NCBI GenBank assembly: GCA_043228905.1
Contig: JBHGNT010000015.1
Coordinates: forward strand, 5,022,001 to 5,086,000
Source: Azolla caroliniana
Lineage: Eukaryota > Plantae > Polypodiophyta
Direction: 5' to 3'
Length of the DNA stretch: 64,000 bases
Both the position numbers and the translations under genes were made by a program. Under the pieces are notes generated by a model. It was not told the origin of the DNA. It worked only from the letters and a program-made list of their open reading frames with translations, and did not search any database. The number at the start of each line of letters is the position of its first letter. The first letter of the stretch is position 1. Of this stretch, positions 39,761 through 52,400 are shown piece by piece.

Positions 39761-41814
39761 TCAATCAAGAACACTTAACATAGTTACAAACATAATTAGT
39801 ATGCATGCATCGATTTGAATAGTACTGTGTTTGAATAGTTACAAACATAATTAGTATGCATGCACTAACACAAGACTTATTTCCTTAGACATTGCATTAT
39901 AAGTACTAAACATATGGATTAAAAATTACCTAGCGATAAAGTAGAACGATAGTGCCGCCTTAAACTGCAAGGCAGCACCATGAGACCAAACCCAATGACA
40001 GTTAAAGCTAAACCCTAGAGACAATAAATCTGCACGGTGAAGCTTAAAACAATGTTGAACAAATAGTGTATCATGCTTTTTATCATCTCAAATGTAAAAT
40101 ATTGATTTCTTATGTAACTCACCGTCTTGTCTCCAATAGCAAATATGTACAAGTATTGTACATTGATCATTGTACCAATGCATTGATTGAACCTCATTTT
40201 GAACTTTAAATGTATAGTTTTCTGCAAAGTCAATAACGGATATGATGACACCCGTTGGTAAGTTATTAATACATTCCTTGAACTGTGAATTTTGCCAATA
40301 ACTCCGGAAGTTATGTGGAATGAACTACCCAAGTAGTTTCTTAAATTCTAAGACAAGGGTAGCAGCACATGTCTCCTTATATACTTCCTCGATACGCTTA
40401 GTTACAAGTCCCTGGCCAATATTTTCAGTCACATACTCTAAATATTTCTATTTCACAACATGATTGTTTCCCAAATCAAGCTCCTGCCTACAAAATAATG
40501 GTAGCAGACAAACCTTACATGTTTTTAAAAGACATGTACGACGATGTCACTCACATGATGGTTCTTTTTCACAAACACAAGACCTCCATAACTCAAAAAC
40601 GGATGCATAAGTCATGTTTCGTGCATTACACCTATTATCCTCCCCATTTGGTCTACAAACCTCACAAGTGCAGACACATAATTGCCCGTGTATACCCTTA
40701 GAATTGGTACACATTGCATTCACTCCAAGCCTTAACATGTCCATCTTCACGCGGTACACACAACAACATGTATTCCTCTCATTTAATTTTCTAACATAAT
40801 ATGGTTTCAAACCTTGGAACTTGCGGAATCCAACAGTCGAGCTTGGATGTTGGTCTTTAAAGTTCATGTACAATTCAGCCTACATCAACCAATATATATA
40901 GCAAACATTAATATACACTTGGTCAAAACAAAAATTTATGGAATGTGAATTGATATAAAAAAATGGAATACCTCCGTCATCTCCAAGAAGTGTCTAGGGT
41001 GAATCTGGTACTTACCCTGACTTATTCGATGTCTACACACGTCCTTTTTATTTGGTGAGACACGCGTATTTTTTGCCCAAAATGAATCCACTTTCTCAAT
41101 AATCTCTTGAGATAAGGCATCACATCCTCGTCTATGTCCCAACCCCAGCCACTTGAATTTGCTTGAGTGTATATTTCGGCGATGTTTCCTCAAGTTCCTT
41201 CTTTGAATACCCAGGGCTAAGGCAACTTTAGTATCACTATATTTTTTTTCTCTCACACCATTCACAACCATGTGTAGGGTTGCCCTCTTTGCAGCAAATT
41301 TGTCTATGCTCTCTACACCTTTGACTAAGTCTAGGGATGACTTCATAGACTCTACAATCTCTTCTGAAACACATTGGTCCCTAAATTTTATTCTCCCCAT
41401 TTCTTCATTCAAACGTTGATGGTGTAACACTCTACATATAATATTCCTACGATCCTCTTCACCAAATCTCTTCGTTATTTCTACCAAATAACGGACTATT
41501 TGAAGAACCAGTCATCTCTTGGTCCTTTCATATATACATGAGTTACTTGACAACTCACTCTCGTTGGGGATCCCCATTTGGTCACTAGATTTATCCAAAA
41601 AAATTAAGTGTCTTGCGAGAGTAGTTAATGTTATATAAACCACACTAAGAAATCACAATCAAATGTTTTTAAATGCAGCTTGCATAGTGAGAAATAATTC
41701 ATTTCGAACATTAGAATTACGGATCAAAGATGACAATTAGCCTTTCTTTATTCACAAATTTCTAAAAATGAAAAAATTTAGCACTGAAAATGAAAAAATA
41801 GTTCTGAAATTTAG

Positions 41815-42205
41815 TACTGGAAAGGAACCTCCAATGGTGGAGGGAGCGTTGAATCTGTGTGATATGCCGCCTCAATTTGGTGGAAGGAACCTCCAATGGT
41901 GGAGGGAGCATTAAATCTGTGTGATATGCCACCTCGATTTGGTGGAATGAACCTCCAATGGTGGAAGGAGCCTTGAATTTGTGTGATATGCCGCCTCGAT
42001 TTGGTGGAAGGAACCTCCAATGGTGGAGGGAGTGTTAAATTTGTGTGATTTGTTGCCTCGATTTGGTGGAATGAACCTCCAATGTTGGAGGGAGTCTTGA
42101 ATCTGTGTGATATGTCGCGTCGATTTGGTGGAAGGAACCACCCATGGTGGAGGGAGCCTTGAATCTGTGTGATATGCCGCCTCGATTCGGTGGAAGGATC
42201 CTCAC
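41815..42205. repeat. 61-bp subterminal tandem array near the Sola 5' end
   Basis: ggaaggaacctccaatggtggagggagc.ttgaatctgtgtgatatgccgcctcgatttggt, about 6 copies. Confidence 0.92.
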
Positions 42206-42749
42206 CTCGGTGGAAAAAGCCTCAAATCATCGCGAGATAAACTACAATCAGTGGAAGAAGCAAGAAAATCGTTCTCGAAGAAGTCACTATTGGCTGTTAT
42301 AAGAGGCCTCAGAACAGTCTCTAATCCTCAACTCAAACCCTAAAACAGAAACCCTAACAAAACAAGAAATCCTCAACCCAAAACCAGAAACCTGACATGG
42401 ATGTCTGAGATATGCTCTCTAAACCCTAACAAACCTCTTACATTGGAGGAAAACCAGAAACTTGACATGGATGTCTGAGATGAAGAGCTCAGAGGGATAA
42501 AGGAAGACGAGTAAGAGGAGTTGGTTTGAGGGGAAGCGCCAAAAACAACGTGAGGGGAAAATAGCCCCCAAAATGGAAAGAACATCTCCTCACGTGTTCC
42601 CCCCACTCCTTGTCTTACATGACACTTGTACTACACTCACCCCACTCCCCAAAATCGATTTTTTTTTCTCTGATTTTTTTTCTCAATTATTTAGTACTAA
42701 CACTATCGAAAGGACTGACATTTTTTGCGGCCAAAAACAATACTTTTCT

Positions 42750-42777
42750 GGTAGACCGTAGCGTGCTTCCACCCCTC
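42750..42777 (-). repeat. 5' terminal inverted repeat of Sola2-like copy B
   Basis: Ends in CTC on the plus strand (5'-GAG on the element strand); matches 10573..10598. Confidence 0.75.
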
Positions 42778-42861
42778 AACATATATGTTATTATAATGGT
42801 TAAAGGTCTAACATATAAACCAAGACGTCATCATGGGCTCGAATCCTTGTAAGGCCAAAAT

Positions 42862-44190
42862 GTATGTCTTCATGACAAACGGCAATGCCAAATGCTTATC
42901 ATTGGCTGGGTTGTGATAACTAGCAAATGTTCTTCTTGATGAAAAAATAGAAGGTAGTGGGAACTAGCTTTGTTCCCTTTTGTAACTATCATATTTCCTT
43001 TTGTTATACAAAAGGATTGGGAAGCAAATATCACCTTACATCCATTGTCATCAAGCTTACCACCGGACATTAGACTGCCAGTTAGTTGAGGAACATGGCA
43101 TACATCTTTGGTGATGAAATGAGAACCATCACTAAAGTGCATTGAGATATCTCCAATGCTAATCACATCACACTGATGTGAGTCTTCAAATCTAACTTTC
43201 CCAAGTGACTTGGTTTCATAACATGTGAACCACTCTCAATGTGGAGTCACATGGAATAATGCATTGGAGTTCAACAACCACATATGGGATGGAGAAAAAC
43301 CATATTCACCCAAACATGTGTGATAACCTCATCTAAGACCAAGATGTCTGTCTCATCACATGTAGCATTTACTTCCTCTATTTCCACCGAGGAAGAGGGA
43401 CCACCAGATTGTCTTCCATGCCCATCACCTTTGAGTTTAGCATTATCTTTTTCCTTTTTTTTCAGGGCATAACAATCATTCTTGAGGTGCCTCTTTTTAT
43501 GGCAATAATGGCGCTCCATGTTCTTCTGACTAGATTTGTGTCCACCTCTATCATTTCCATTGTTATTTCTCGTTTGGCTCCTACCACGGTATTGGTTCTT
43601 GCGAGAACCAACGTCATAAACATTATTTGCATCTCAATTATGTGATGCAGTCATGGATTTTGTATGAATCTCTTTACCCAATAGTGCTCCACATATGTCA
43701 TTATAGACTAATTTCTAAGTTGGTGCACTATTGATAACAGCTATGCAAAAGATGTCACATGAGCTAGGCAAAGTGCATAACAAAAATACACATTTTAGTT
43801 CATAATCCATAGTCATTTTCTGAGCTTGTAATTGTGACCATAGTGCATCAAAATCATTCAAATGAGAGGCGATACTATTGGTGTCCTTCATTCAAAGATC
43901 ATAAAGTTTTCTCATTAGATAAACTTTATTTGTTGTTGTCTCTTTTCTTTTCGTATGTACTACATAGTTTAGTCCATAACTTTTTGGCCGAGTCACAATC
44001 CAAGACCATGAAATCACATTGTCAGCTAGGTGCAATTTTATGGTGGTCTTTTCCACTCATAGAGTGATTTCTATGGGAATTAAAGGAACCACTATGTAAG
44101 GTACTTGAAACCTCAGAAATTTCAGAGGCCATTGGGTTGTAAGTAAACCTAGTCAATTGCAACTCTAAGCACCTAATGATAGTTACTTAC
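42862..44190 (-). mobile_element. Old Copia O, gag / protease / GAG-pre-integrase segment
   Basis: YCHKKRHLKNDC knuckle and IWHCRL; reverse-complement homology to 50065..50930. Confidence 0.8.
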
Positions 44191-44909
44191 TTGTAGGTTT
44201 GAAGTACAACTATCAATGTGTGTTCAAAGGTATGTAGGCATAACTATTCCCCCCTCCCCGCCACCCCCCCGCCAGAAAAAAACAAGAGTTATGTGTGTTT
44301 GCCTAAGAACAACACCTCACTTGTATTTTAGTGAAAGGTAAATAGAATGCAACCAAAATGCAACTTCCAATTTCACAATCTCACGTCAACTGAGCAAGCA
44401 TTTAACATGCAAATGCTCTCTTTTGTTCACTAGAAATACTCCTCTCTTTTGAGAACCAAAAACTAGTAAATATGTGTTTGTTGTTTCTACTATCTCTAGG
44501 GTGAAAAGAGGGAAAGATACCTCTTGAATGGTGTGTTCCAAAGCACAAATGCCTCACAAAAGAGAGAAAAATGAGTTGCGACAATAGCAAGTAGTAGATA
44601 TTACCTCTGTTCGACGAGTTCTTGAAAAAATAACACACGCAAAGGCGCAAAAATAGAGAAAATCAGCGATTCCTACCATAAACAATGTCTTGCATGTAGT
44701 TCTTCGGTCGGATACCACTGTTGTGAAGCAGGGAGAAACGGACGAACTGCTATTTTTCTGCACAGAAAATGGTGAACAACACATAAAGCAAGACAACAAA
44801 GAAAAATATTTTTGGTGGGCACACGAAAAACTCTCATTTTATTATCTTATATACTTAGTGATAAATAGTAAGAATTACCTTTTCAACCCTTCCCATTACC
44901 TATCAAAAT

Positions 44910-45925
44910 TGGATATCATAATATGCCCCGGCCCAAGGGACAAGTATGGGTCATGCATTATACAATGAGCTTGTTTGGTTGCTTACTTCCTATTCAATTC
45001 ATCTCCTTACTATAATGCTTCCTTTTTTTTCACCATTCTCTTGTTTTCTCGTATGGTTGTTTATTCATTTTCATCTCCTTGGACTCATTCAATTGAAACC
45101 TCTCTAATATACATTCATTTGGTTTTTTAAGTGATTGGCTCTCTTGAGAGCCACATAGAAGAAGAAATAAAAAATAGTATTGTTATGTTTAAAAAGAGAA
45201 TAAAATAATAATAAAAGTTTAAAAACAAATAAAAAGTTATAAATATTAATATATCTGGCCTCTCATCTAAGAGACACATGAAGAGGCATTGTGTCTTATC
45301 AGAAAGATACAAACATCGCTGGGAACTACTTGTACCATTGTACATTTCCATTGAATTGAATGGAATCAATACATTAAGTCTATACAAAACTATCATATAT
45401 TCTACATTTATAGCCATGGACCTTGCATCATCCTCAACATTAACTATAACCCTAAATTTTAGAAACAAAAATGCAAGCATTAACAAACTTTGAACACAAA
45501 CCAAAATGATAATTTTATTTCACCCAAAAAAACTATGCAGTGTAGTAAAGGGAACAAAAACCAAACCAGATGTTCGTGACCCAACATTCGAAGCATGAGA
45601 ACAGAAAGATTTGGCAGCACAATTGGAGATTATGTCTCACCTATGAATCTACAAATGAATTCGAACCAAAAATAGATGGAAATCAAGCCATGACATTAAA
45701 TATACTTGTAACCTTAAAAATGAAATATGATGATGAGATGATAGAATTCATCAATACATGGAAGAGCAAACTTGACGATTGTCTTATAGTAGGAGTCGAT
45801 ATTAATCAAAAATTTCAATCATTGCTACGTCTTAGTGCCCTCCCAAATTCTTGGAGAAACTTTGTCATTACTCAAAATTCAAATTACAATCTAATTCTCA
45901 ATGACTTAATAAATTGCAATCTTAG
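44910..45925 (+). pseudogene. Relic of a deleted OSCA3 paralog: promoter piece fused to 3' flank plus a Copia gag fragment
   Basis: 44910..44946 matches 48905..48940; 44955..45925 matches ~56920..57900. Confidence 0.7.
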
Positions 45926-46684
45926 GATTTGGTCAGAAGAAGAAAACAAAGTTGATATCAATCAATTGAAGTCCATAACAAATTGAATTGGAAAATGAAA
46001 ACTCTCCAATGTCTGATTCAAGGATGGATGTTACATACAATGACCCACACATGTAGACCTATAGTGGTAAGGTCAAGAAAGGTTTATAACTTATATATAT
46101 ATATATATTTTTTTTTATGGATTCAACTTGTGTTACATATAGTGTCAACCTAAGAGATATTGGCATAGAAAACCACTAGCATTTACTATATGCTAAGCAT
46201 TCACTAATATCAGTAACCAATATTAATAGGGTTGTTATGATTAGCCATTATTCTAGAATTCGTAACAATAATACTAGTAGTATTCTTAGCACAGTACGTA
46301 AAGTTCGTGTTCGTCTACTATATCATTTGTTTTCCTATGTTGGAAAACGAACATGAATGATATTAAAAAATTCGTGTGGTTTTTTATTTATTTATTTATT
46401 TTTATTATTATTATTTATTTTTGGTTTTTTTCCCTTTTATTGGGTTTTTCCCCTCTTTCCCCCCCTTTTTCCCCCTTTTCCTTTGCACATCAACGCTATG
46501 CTCTGCTCTCCCCCCCTTTTCCCTCTTTTCCTTCAACAACCTACTGTTGGAACGATCTGTTGCTTGCATCGTACACCTCCCAGCCATTACTTTCTGCATA
46601 CCAACGATATTTGCTTGTGTTAAGGGTTAATAATAGGATTTAAAGTTGTTGAATGTTTAGGTCATAGTATGTACTCTATGTACA

Positions 46685-47040
46685 GAAATTTCTGTAATTT
46701 TTCACTAATTTTTGTAGTTTTTTTTGTAATTTTTGTAATTTTTGTAATTTTTGTAATTTTTGTAATTTTTTTTAATTTCTATAAATTCTTTTTAATTTCT
46801 GTAATTGTTTTGTATTTATGTGATTTCTGTAATTTCTATATAATTTTGTTGTAATTTCTGTAATTTTGTTATAATTTCGTTGTAATTGCAGTAATTTCTA
46901 TAAATGCTTTGTAATTTTTGTGATTTCTATACAATTTCTGTAATTTCTGTAATTTTGGTGTAATTTTTTTGTAATTTTCTGTAATTTTGTTATAATTTCT
47001 ATAATTTCTGTAATTTCTTCATAATTTCTGTAATTTTTTA
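46685..47040. repeat. Degenerate 9-bp repeat (TTTCTGTAA/TTTTTGTAA)n
   Basis: Directly visible. Confidence 0.9.
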
Positions 47041-47169
47041 AATTATTTTTACCTTGAAAAAATATTTACCTTATAGTAAATATTTTAACCAAAAGTATGG
47101 TATTTATCATTCTTCAAGGGTGTTTACCCTTCATCATTCTCGAACACGAATGCACAAATGGTACGCATG

Positions 47170-48370
47170 GTTCATATTATGATTCTCAGTAGCAATTGGT
47201 AGAGTGATAAAGCTACTTCTAGTAGTACAGTTGTAGTACCAATAGTTAGTAATACTGTTTTCTTCATCACCATCATCATCATTAAGAAGCTGATGGTTAT
47301 GATGAATGCTCTACTATTAACTAAATAATCAGACTTCCATTGTTATGACATCAAACCATTCATGAATTCGCAGTCTATGCAAGATCTATATCTATGCATT
47401 TCTCTTACGCATCCAGAAATCCCTTAATTCTGGTTGTCATGTATATAAACATACTGTTGATCGGCACACTTATACCCTAACATGTTGGAGGGCTTCTAGA
47501 ATCAAACATGTTCCATTTTTTCTTTGTGGATTTTGACCATCAATGTAATGGAGTACTCAAAAACAATATGTGTATCAGGTGTATATATACTGTCAGCTTG
47601 ATTCTAATGATTATAATCTTCATCCCTGGTGCTTACGAATGCAGGTTCTTTGTGGGTTATGTCTTGGCATTCTTAAGGATAGTCTCACTCATCAAATTTC
47701 GTATTAGAAAGAGGTTCCAATGCAACACTGAGGAAGACATTCAAGAAGCATGGGCTCCTAAGTGCTTCTAATATGCAATTCGTATCCCAAGGGATATGCT
47801 CATCTTGACAATCACTTTTTCCTATGCAGTCATAGCACCGCTGATTTTGGTATTTGCCATTGTCTACTTTGGTTTAGGTTGGCTATTCATGCAGAATCTG
47901 GTAAGGCCACAATGCACTCTGTGCATACAAGTAATTTCCTAAAGTTAATATCACACAGATGTATGTTATATGTGATAAATGCATACATCTACAAATTTGG
48001 TGTTTATACCAAGTGTATCTGCGTGATTAATGTATGTATACATATTAAGACTTGTACTATAAAATTCTTGTTTGATGTGTAGATTAATCTACATACTAAC
48101 CAGAGATGTATTATACAAGTATAATATGTAGATTAATCTATGTTAAAAGGATGGTATACATTATAATGTGCAGCTACTTGCATTTTTGTAGAGATTATAT
48201 GAGACAATCACATGTTCCTTTGGGCATAGGCATTGAAGAGCATTCTTGAGTTAAGCCTCTCCAATATTAGTTATTTCAAAGAATGATCGGGGATAGTATG
48301 ATTTACTCTTTAATTATTCATGATCGGGGATAGGATGATTTATTCCTTAATTATTCATGCTTCAGTCCCC
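47170..48370 (+). pseudogene. ERD4/OSCA3 pseudogene fragment (intron 4 to intron 6 homolog; exon 5 deleted; exon-6 copy at 47645..47900 with a TAA stop)
   Basis: Matches ~54600..54813 and 55385..56310. The exon has the same 256-nt length and splice sites as 55650..55905. Confidence 0.85.
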
Positions 48371-49491
48371 CATATGGGTATAATGAAGTGGTCGTTTCTT
48401 TTATCTTTACCAAGATCTTACATTACGTAATGGAATGCTCGAATATGCTTAATTTCATCAATTATGAACACATTCCTTGTTATATATCATTGCAATCCTT
48501 TATAATTTTATGCTTTTTTTTCTTTTCCTTTATGTTGACATACACTTTTTCTCTCAAAACCATTCTTGGACCTATGCTAATGCGTCAATTAAACAATAGA
48601 AAAGTCATGAGAGAAAATGAGAAAGTCATTGGTATCAATCAAAAAAAAATTCCGATTGAGACTGGCATTCCCGCGGGATACATATATAGGTCCAATAGAC
48701 AATCTTAGTAGTTGAAATGTCACCATCATTGTGATTGTTATCATCCAGACCATCTTAAAGTCACGAGCCTCACAAGTCCTTGGTTACTATAATATAGAGA
48801 GTAGGGGCTATACAGAAAAACTAATTCTTTTTACAAATGATCCGAGTTTCTAATTCCATAGCCAAGAGAAATTGGTATGAAGCTTGAGCAGATTATACGA
48901 GAATTTGATATCATATTATGCCCCGGCCCAAGGGACAAGTAGAGGGGGGGCTTCTCTTGACCCGGAAGCATAGAAAGATAAAACAAAATAGTTGGCGTGG
49001 TCTTCTTTTCGGCCAAAAAAAAGCCTCACAAATACAAGGTCAATGGAAATTGGAATCAAAAGCATCAAAGAAAAGTAGAAGAGAAAAGGACAGAAAACTG
49101 GTCAAGGCATTGACCTCTACTGGTGGTGGGTGCCACGTGGAGACACGTGGTCAATAATTAGATGCCACGTCAGGGTCTGCACAGTCTCTCTCAAGAGCTT
49201 CATAGCCATGGCCCATAGCTCATAGCTCAAAAGCTTCTTCTCTCCTTCATTCTTCATCTCCAGCATTACGATTATTAGCTTCATTCCTGATAAGATTATT
49301 AGATTGATTTTTGAAGCTCACTAACCTTACTCTCTCTCTCTCTCTCTTTGTTCCTGCTGAATTTACCTGCCTGCAACTAGCTTATCGCCAATCTTATGAG
49401 ACTTAAAGTCAATAACCCTAACTTCTGAAAAGCTTTCCCTCCTGAACTTTCTCTTTTCTTTCCAAGCGAAAAAGCTTGATCGTTTTTGGAC

Positions 49492-52400
49492 ATGGAAACC
49501 TCAGGCTTTGTCACTTCTCTCGTCACGTCTTTCCTTGTCTTCGTGCTTCTTCTACTTCTCCATTTCCTCTTCACTCGGAACCCTGCAAACGATGTAATCT
49601 ATTACCCTGCCAAGAAAGTCAAGGAAATCCCCATTCCTTACAAGCCTGGCATTTTCGGATGGCTACGAGAAGCTTGGTCTGTTACTGAGGAGCATATCAT
49701 CGAGCATGCAGGCCTGGATGCTGCCATTTACATGAAGTTTCTTGGATCGGGTAATTCTTATCTATATAAATACATATTTACTCATTTCTCGTTAACAGAA
49801 AAAAAAAGGAGCGTTTTGCTTATATCTATGTGCAGGAGAGGATAGAAACTATCTAGCATAGAAACTGCATGTTAAATGCTTGCTCACTTTATGTGAGATT
49901 GTGAAATGGAAGTTGTATGTTAGTCGCTTTCCATTGATCCTTGGCTGACATATGAGTGAGGTGTTGCTTTAATAGGGGACGTATATAGTTCTTTTTTGGC
50001 CTAAGGTGATAGTTACAAATACATATTTTTGCCCACAATGATTGAGACTAGCTAGCTAGTAGTATCCCAACCATCGTGAGGTGCTGAGACTTGCAATCAA
50101 CTAAGTTTTATTACCACCTAATGGTTTCCGAAATGTCTGTGGTTCTAAGTACCTCACCCGGTGGTTCCTTTAGTTCCCATAGAAATTACTGTATCGCTGG
50201 AAAAGACCACCTTGAGATCCGTATGTTTGACGGATCCAACTTCTCCTTGTGGAAGGATCAGATAAGAGATGTTCTGATTCCAAGAAGGGAATTAAGGCCA
50301 TTAAGTGGTGAAGCCAGGATACCTAAGGGCATGATCGATGATGATTGGGATGAGTTCGATCTCTTGGCAATGTCCACCATAAGGTTGCACCTAGCCGACA
50401 ATGTATACTTCATGGCCTTTCATTATGACTCAACCGACCACTCATGTGAATGACTATGGTGCATTATGGTCCCAACTACAAGCTCAAAAAATGACTATGG
50501 ACAATGAGTTGAAATGTCTCTTTTTCTTATGCACTTTGCCTACCTTCTAGGCTACCTTTTGCATTGCTATTATCAATAATGCACCAAACGAGAAATTAGT
50601 CTACAATGATATATGTGGAGCTCTATTGAGTGAAGAAATTCATAGGAAATCTACGATTACATCACATAATGGAGATGCATATAATGTGTGTGAGGTTGGG
50701 TCTCACAAGAACTAACAACATGATAGCAACCAAACTAGGAACAATATTGGAAATGATAGAGGTACAAGTAAGTCTATGAAGAAAAACATCCAATGGCATT
50801 ATTGTCATAACAAGGGATACCTCAAGAAAGATCCTTATGCCTTGAAAAATACGGAAATGGATAATGCTAAATCCAAACATGATGGGCATGCAAGACAACG
50901 TGGTGGTCCCTCTTCCTCGGTGGAACATGGCCAACATGGTAAGAAAACCAGAAATGCACATAGATCCATGTTAACTCATCCACTAAACCATTGGATCTCA
51001 TTTAGGCAATTGTTTGTGAACCTATGCCCACAAGATCTTTGGGTGATGCATTGTATTTTGACACTTTCATTGATGATGCAACTAGGAAAGTTTGGGTTTA
51101 TCCAATTAAGGGAAAGGAAGATGTTTACCCTACTTTCATAAAATGTCTTGCTTCGGTTGAGTTGGGAAAGGCCATAAATCTTAAAGCTTTATGTCTGGAA
51201 AATGGAGGTGAGTATAGCTCTCACCAAATTGGTGACTTTTGTAAGTCTAGAGGCATTGGAAGAGAGTTTATAACTCCTTACACCCCCATTCAGAATGATG
51301 TATCTAAGAGGATGAATATAACCATCTAGGACAAAGTTGTCTCTATGCTACACCATGCAAACCTCTCACAAGGTTTATCAACAAAATTTGTTTTAATAAT
51401 AGTCCATGCCATTAATCTATCATCGAACATAACCATAGGCGTAAAAGTGGCACAAGAGTTGTGAACAAGCAAGAAACCTCATTATGATCATATTAGTCTT
51501 TCAATATGAAGCATATGTAGATGTTCGTAAACAACTAAGGAGGAAATTGAACTATAAATATAGAAAATGTATTTTTCTTGGTTATGGAATCAATGGGCAA
51601 TTTCAATATCGCCTATGGAATCTTGACACATATTGTGGTTAGACGTAGCGGTATCATTATTAATGAAAAAAAAAGATACATAAACAATCCACAAAGGAGG
51701 TAGAAGTGAGAAAAGTCATGTTTAAGGATTTTGTACCTTCTATTAACATAAAGCAGAAAAATTCCATTGATATAGATGCGTCTACATTTTCTCAGCCACG
51801 TAAACTTGGTGATGGTCAGCATGATGATGCCCCAAATTAATGATGCTCAACAAGATTATTCTCATAATGATGTTTCCTATGCACAAACTAATGGTATTTG
51901 GGTGCAGGAATCATTAAGGAGATCTATGCGTGTCTCCGAACAATCTCGTAAATTTGCTTATTAGGTAATACTTGCAGATGCATGTGAGCCTTCATGTCAC
52001 CATCAAGCCATATCATTCCACAATCATGCTAAGTGGAAACATGCAATGGAATGTGAGTTAGATAGTACTCATAGGAATGCAACTTGGGATTTAGTACCTT
52101 TGCCCTAAAGGTAGGAAAGCCCTACCATGTAAATGAGTGTATAAGTATAAATACACATCTAATAGTGCTCTTCTTAAGTATAACGCTCGTATTGTAGCAA
52201 AAGGCTTTAAACAAGAAGTTACAAGGAGGAGTTGATTTCGATGAAATCTTCTCTCCAGTAGTCAAGATGACTATGTTATGCATAATGTTCACGTTAGTTC
52301 CAAAAAGGATCTTGAGCTATTTCAAATGAATGTCTCGATGAGGAGATCTATATGGAGCAACCGAAGGGTTATGAAGTTCATGGAAAAGTGTCGTTGGTAT

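Larger units (their letters stand above)
33262..41600 (-). pseudogene. Sola2-type transposase pseudogene, copy B
   Basis: N-terminal part 40936..41487 (..FWAKNTRVSPNKKD), DFAENY, WSHG, GSGHGKGEHDG; same introns as copy A; split by Copia C2. Upstream limit approximate. Confidence 0.8.
31077..42777 (-). mobile_element. Sola2-like DNA transposon, copy B (3' ~4 kb deleted; Copia C2 inserted)
   Basis: Inverted homolog of copy A; 5' terminus GAGGGGTGGAAGCACGCTACGGTCTACC (42777..42750). Confidence 0.8.

Noticed and set aside
42330-42432. AAACCCTA telomere-like motifs (also ~9723)
   Set aside because: Isolated telo-box-type motifs in the 5' regions of the element's genes, not an interstitial telomere array; function cannot be supported from sequence alone.
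46353-46854. Phe/Leu-rich ORFs
   Set aside because: Low-complexity T/C-rich sequence.
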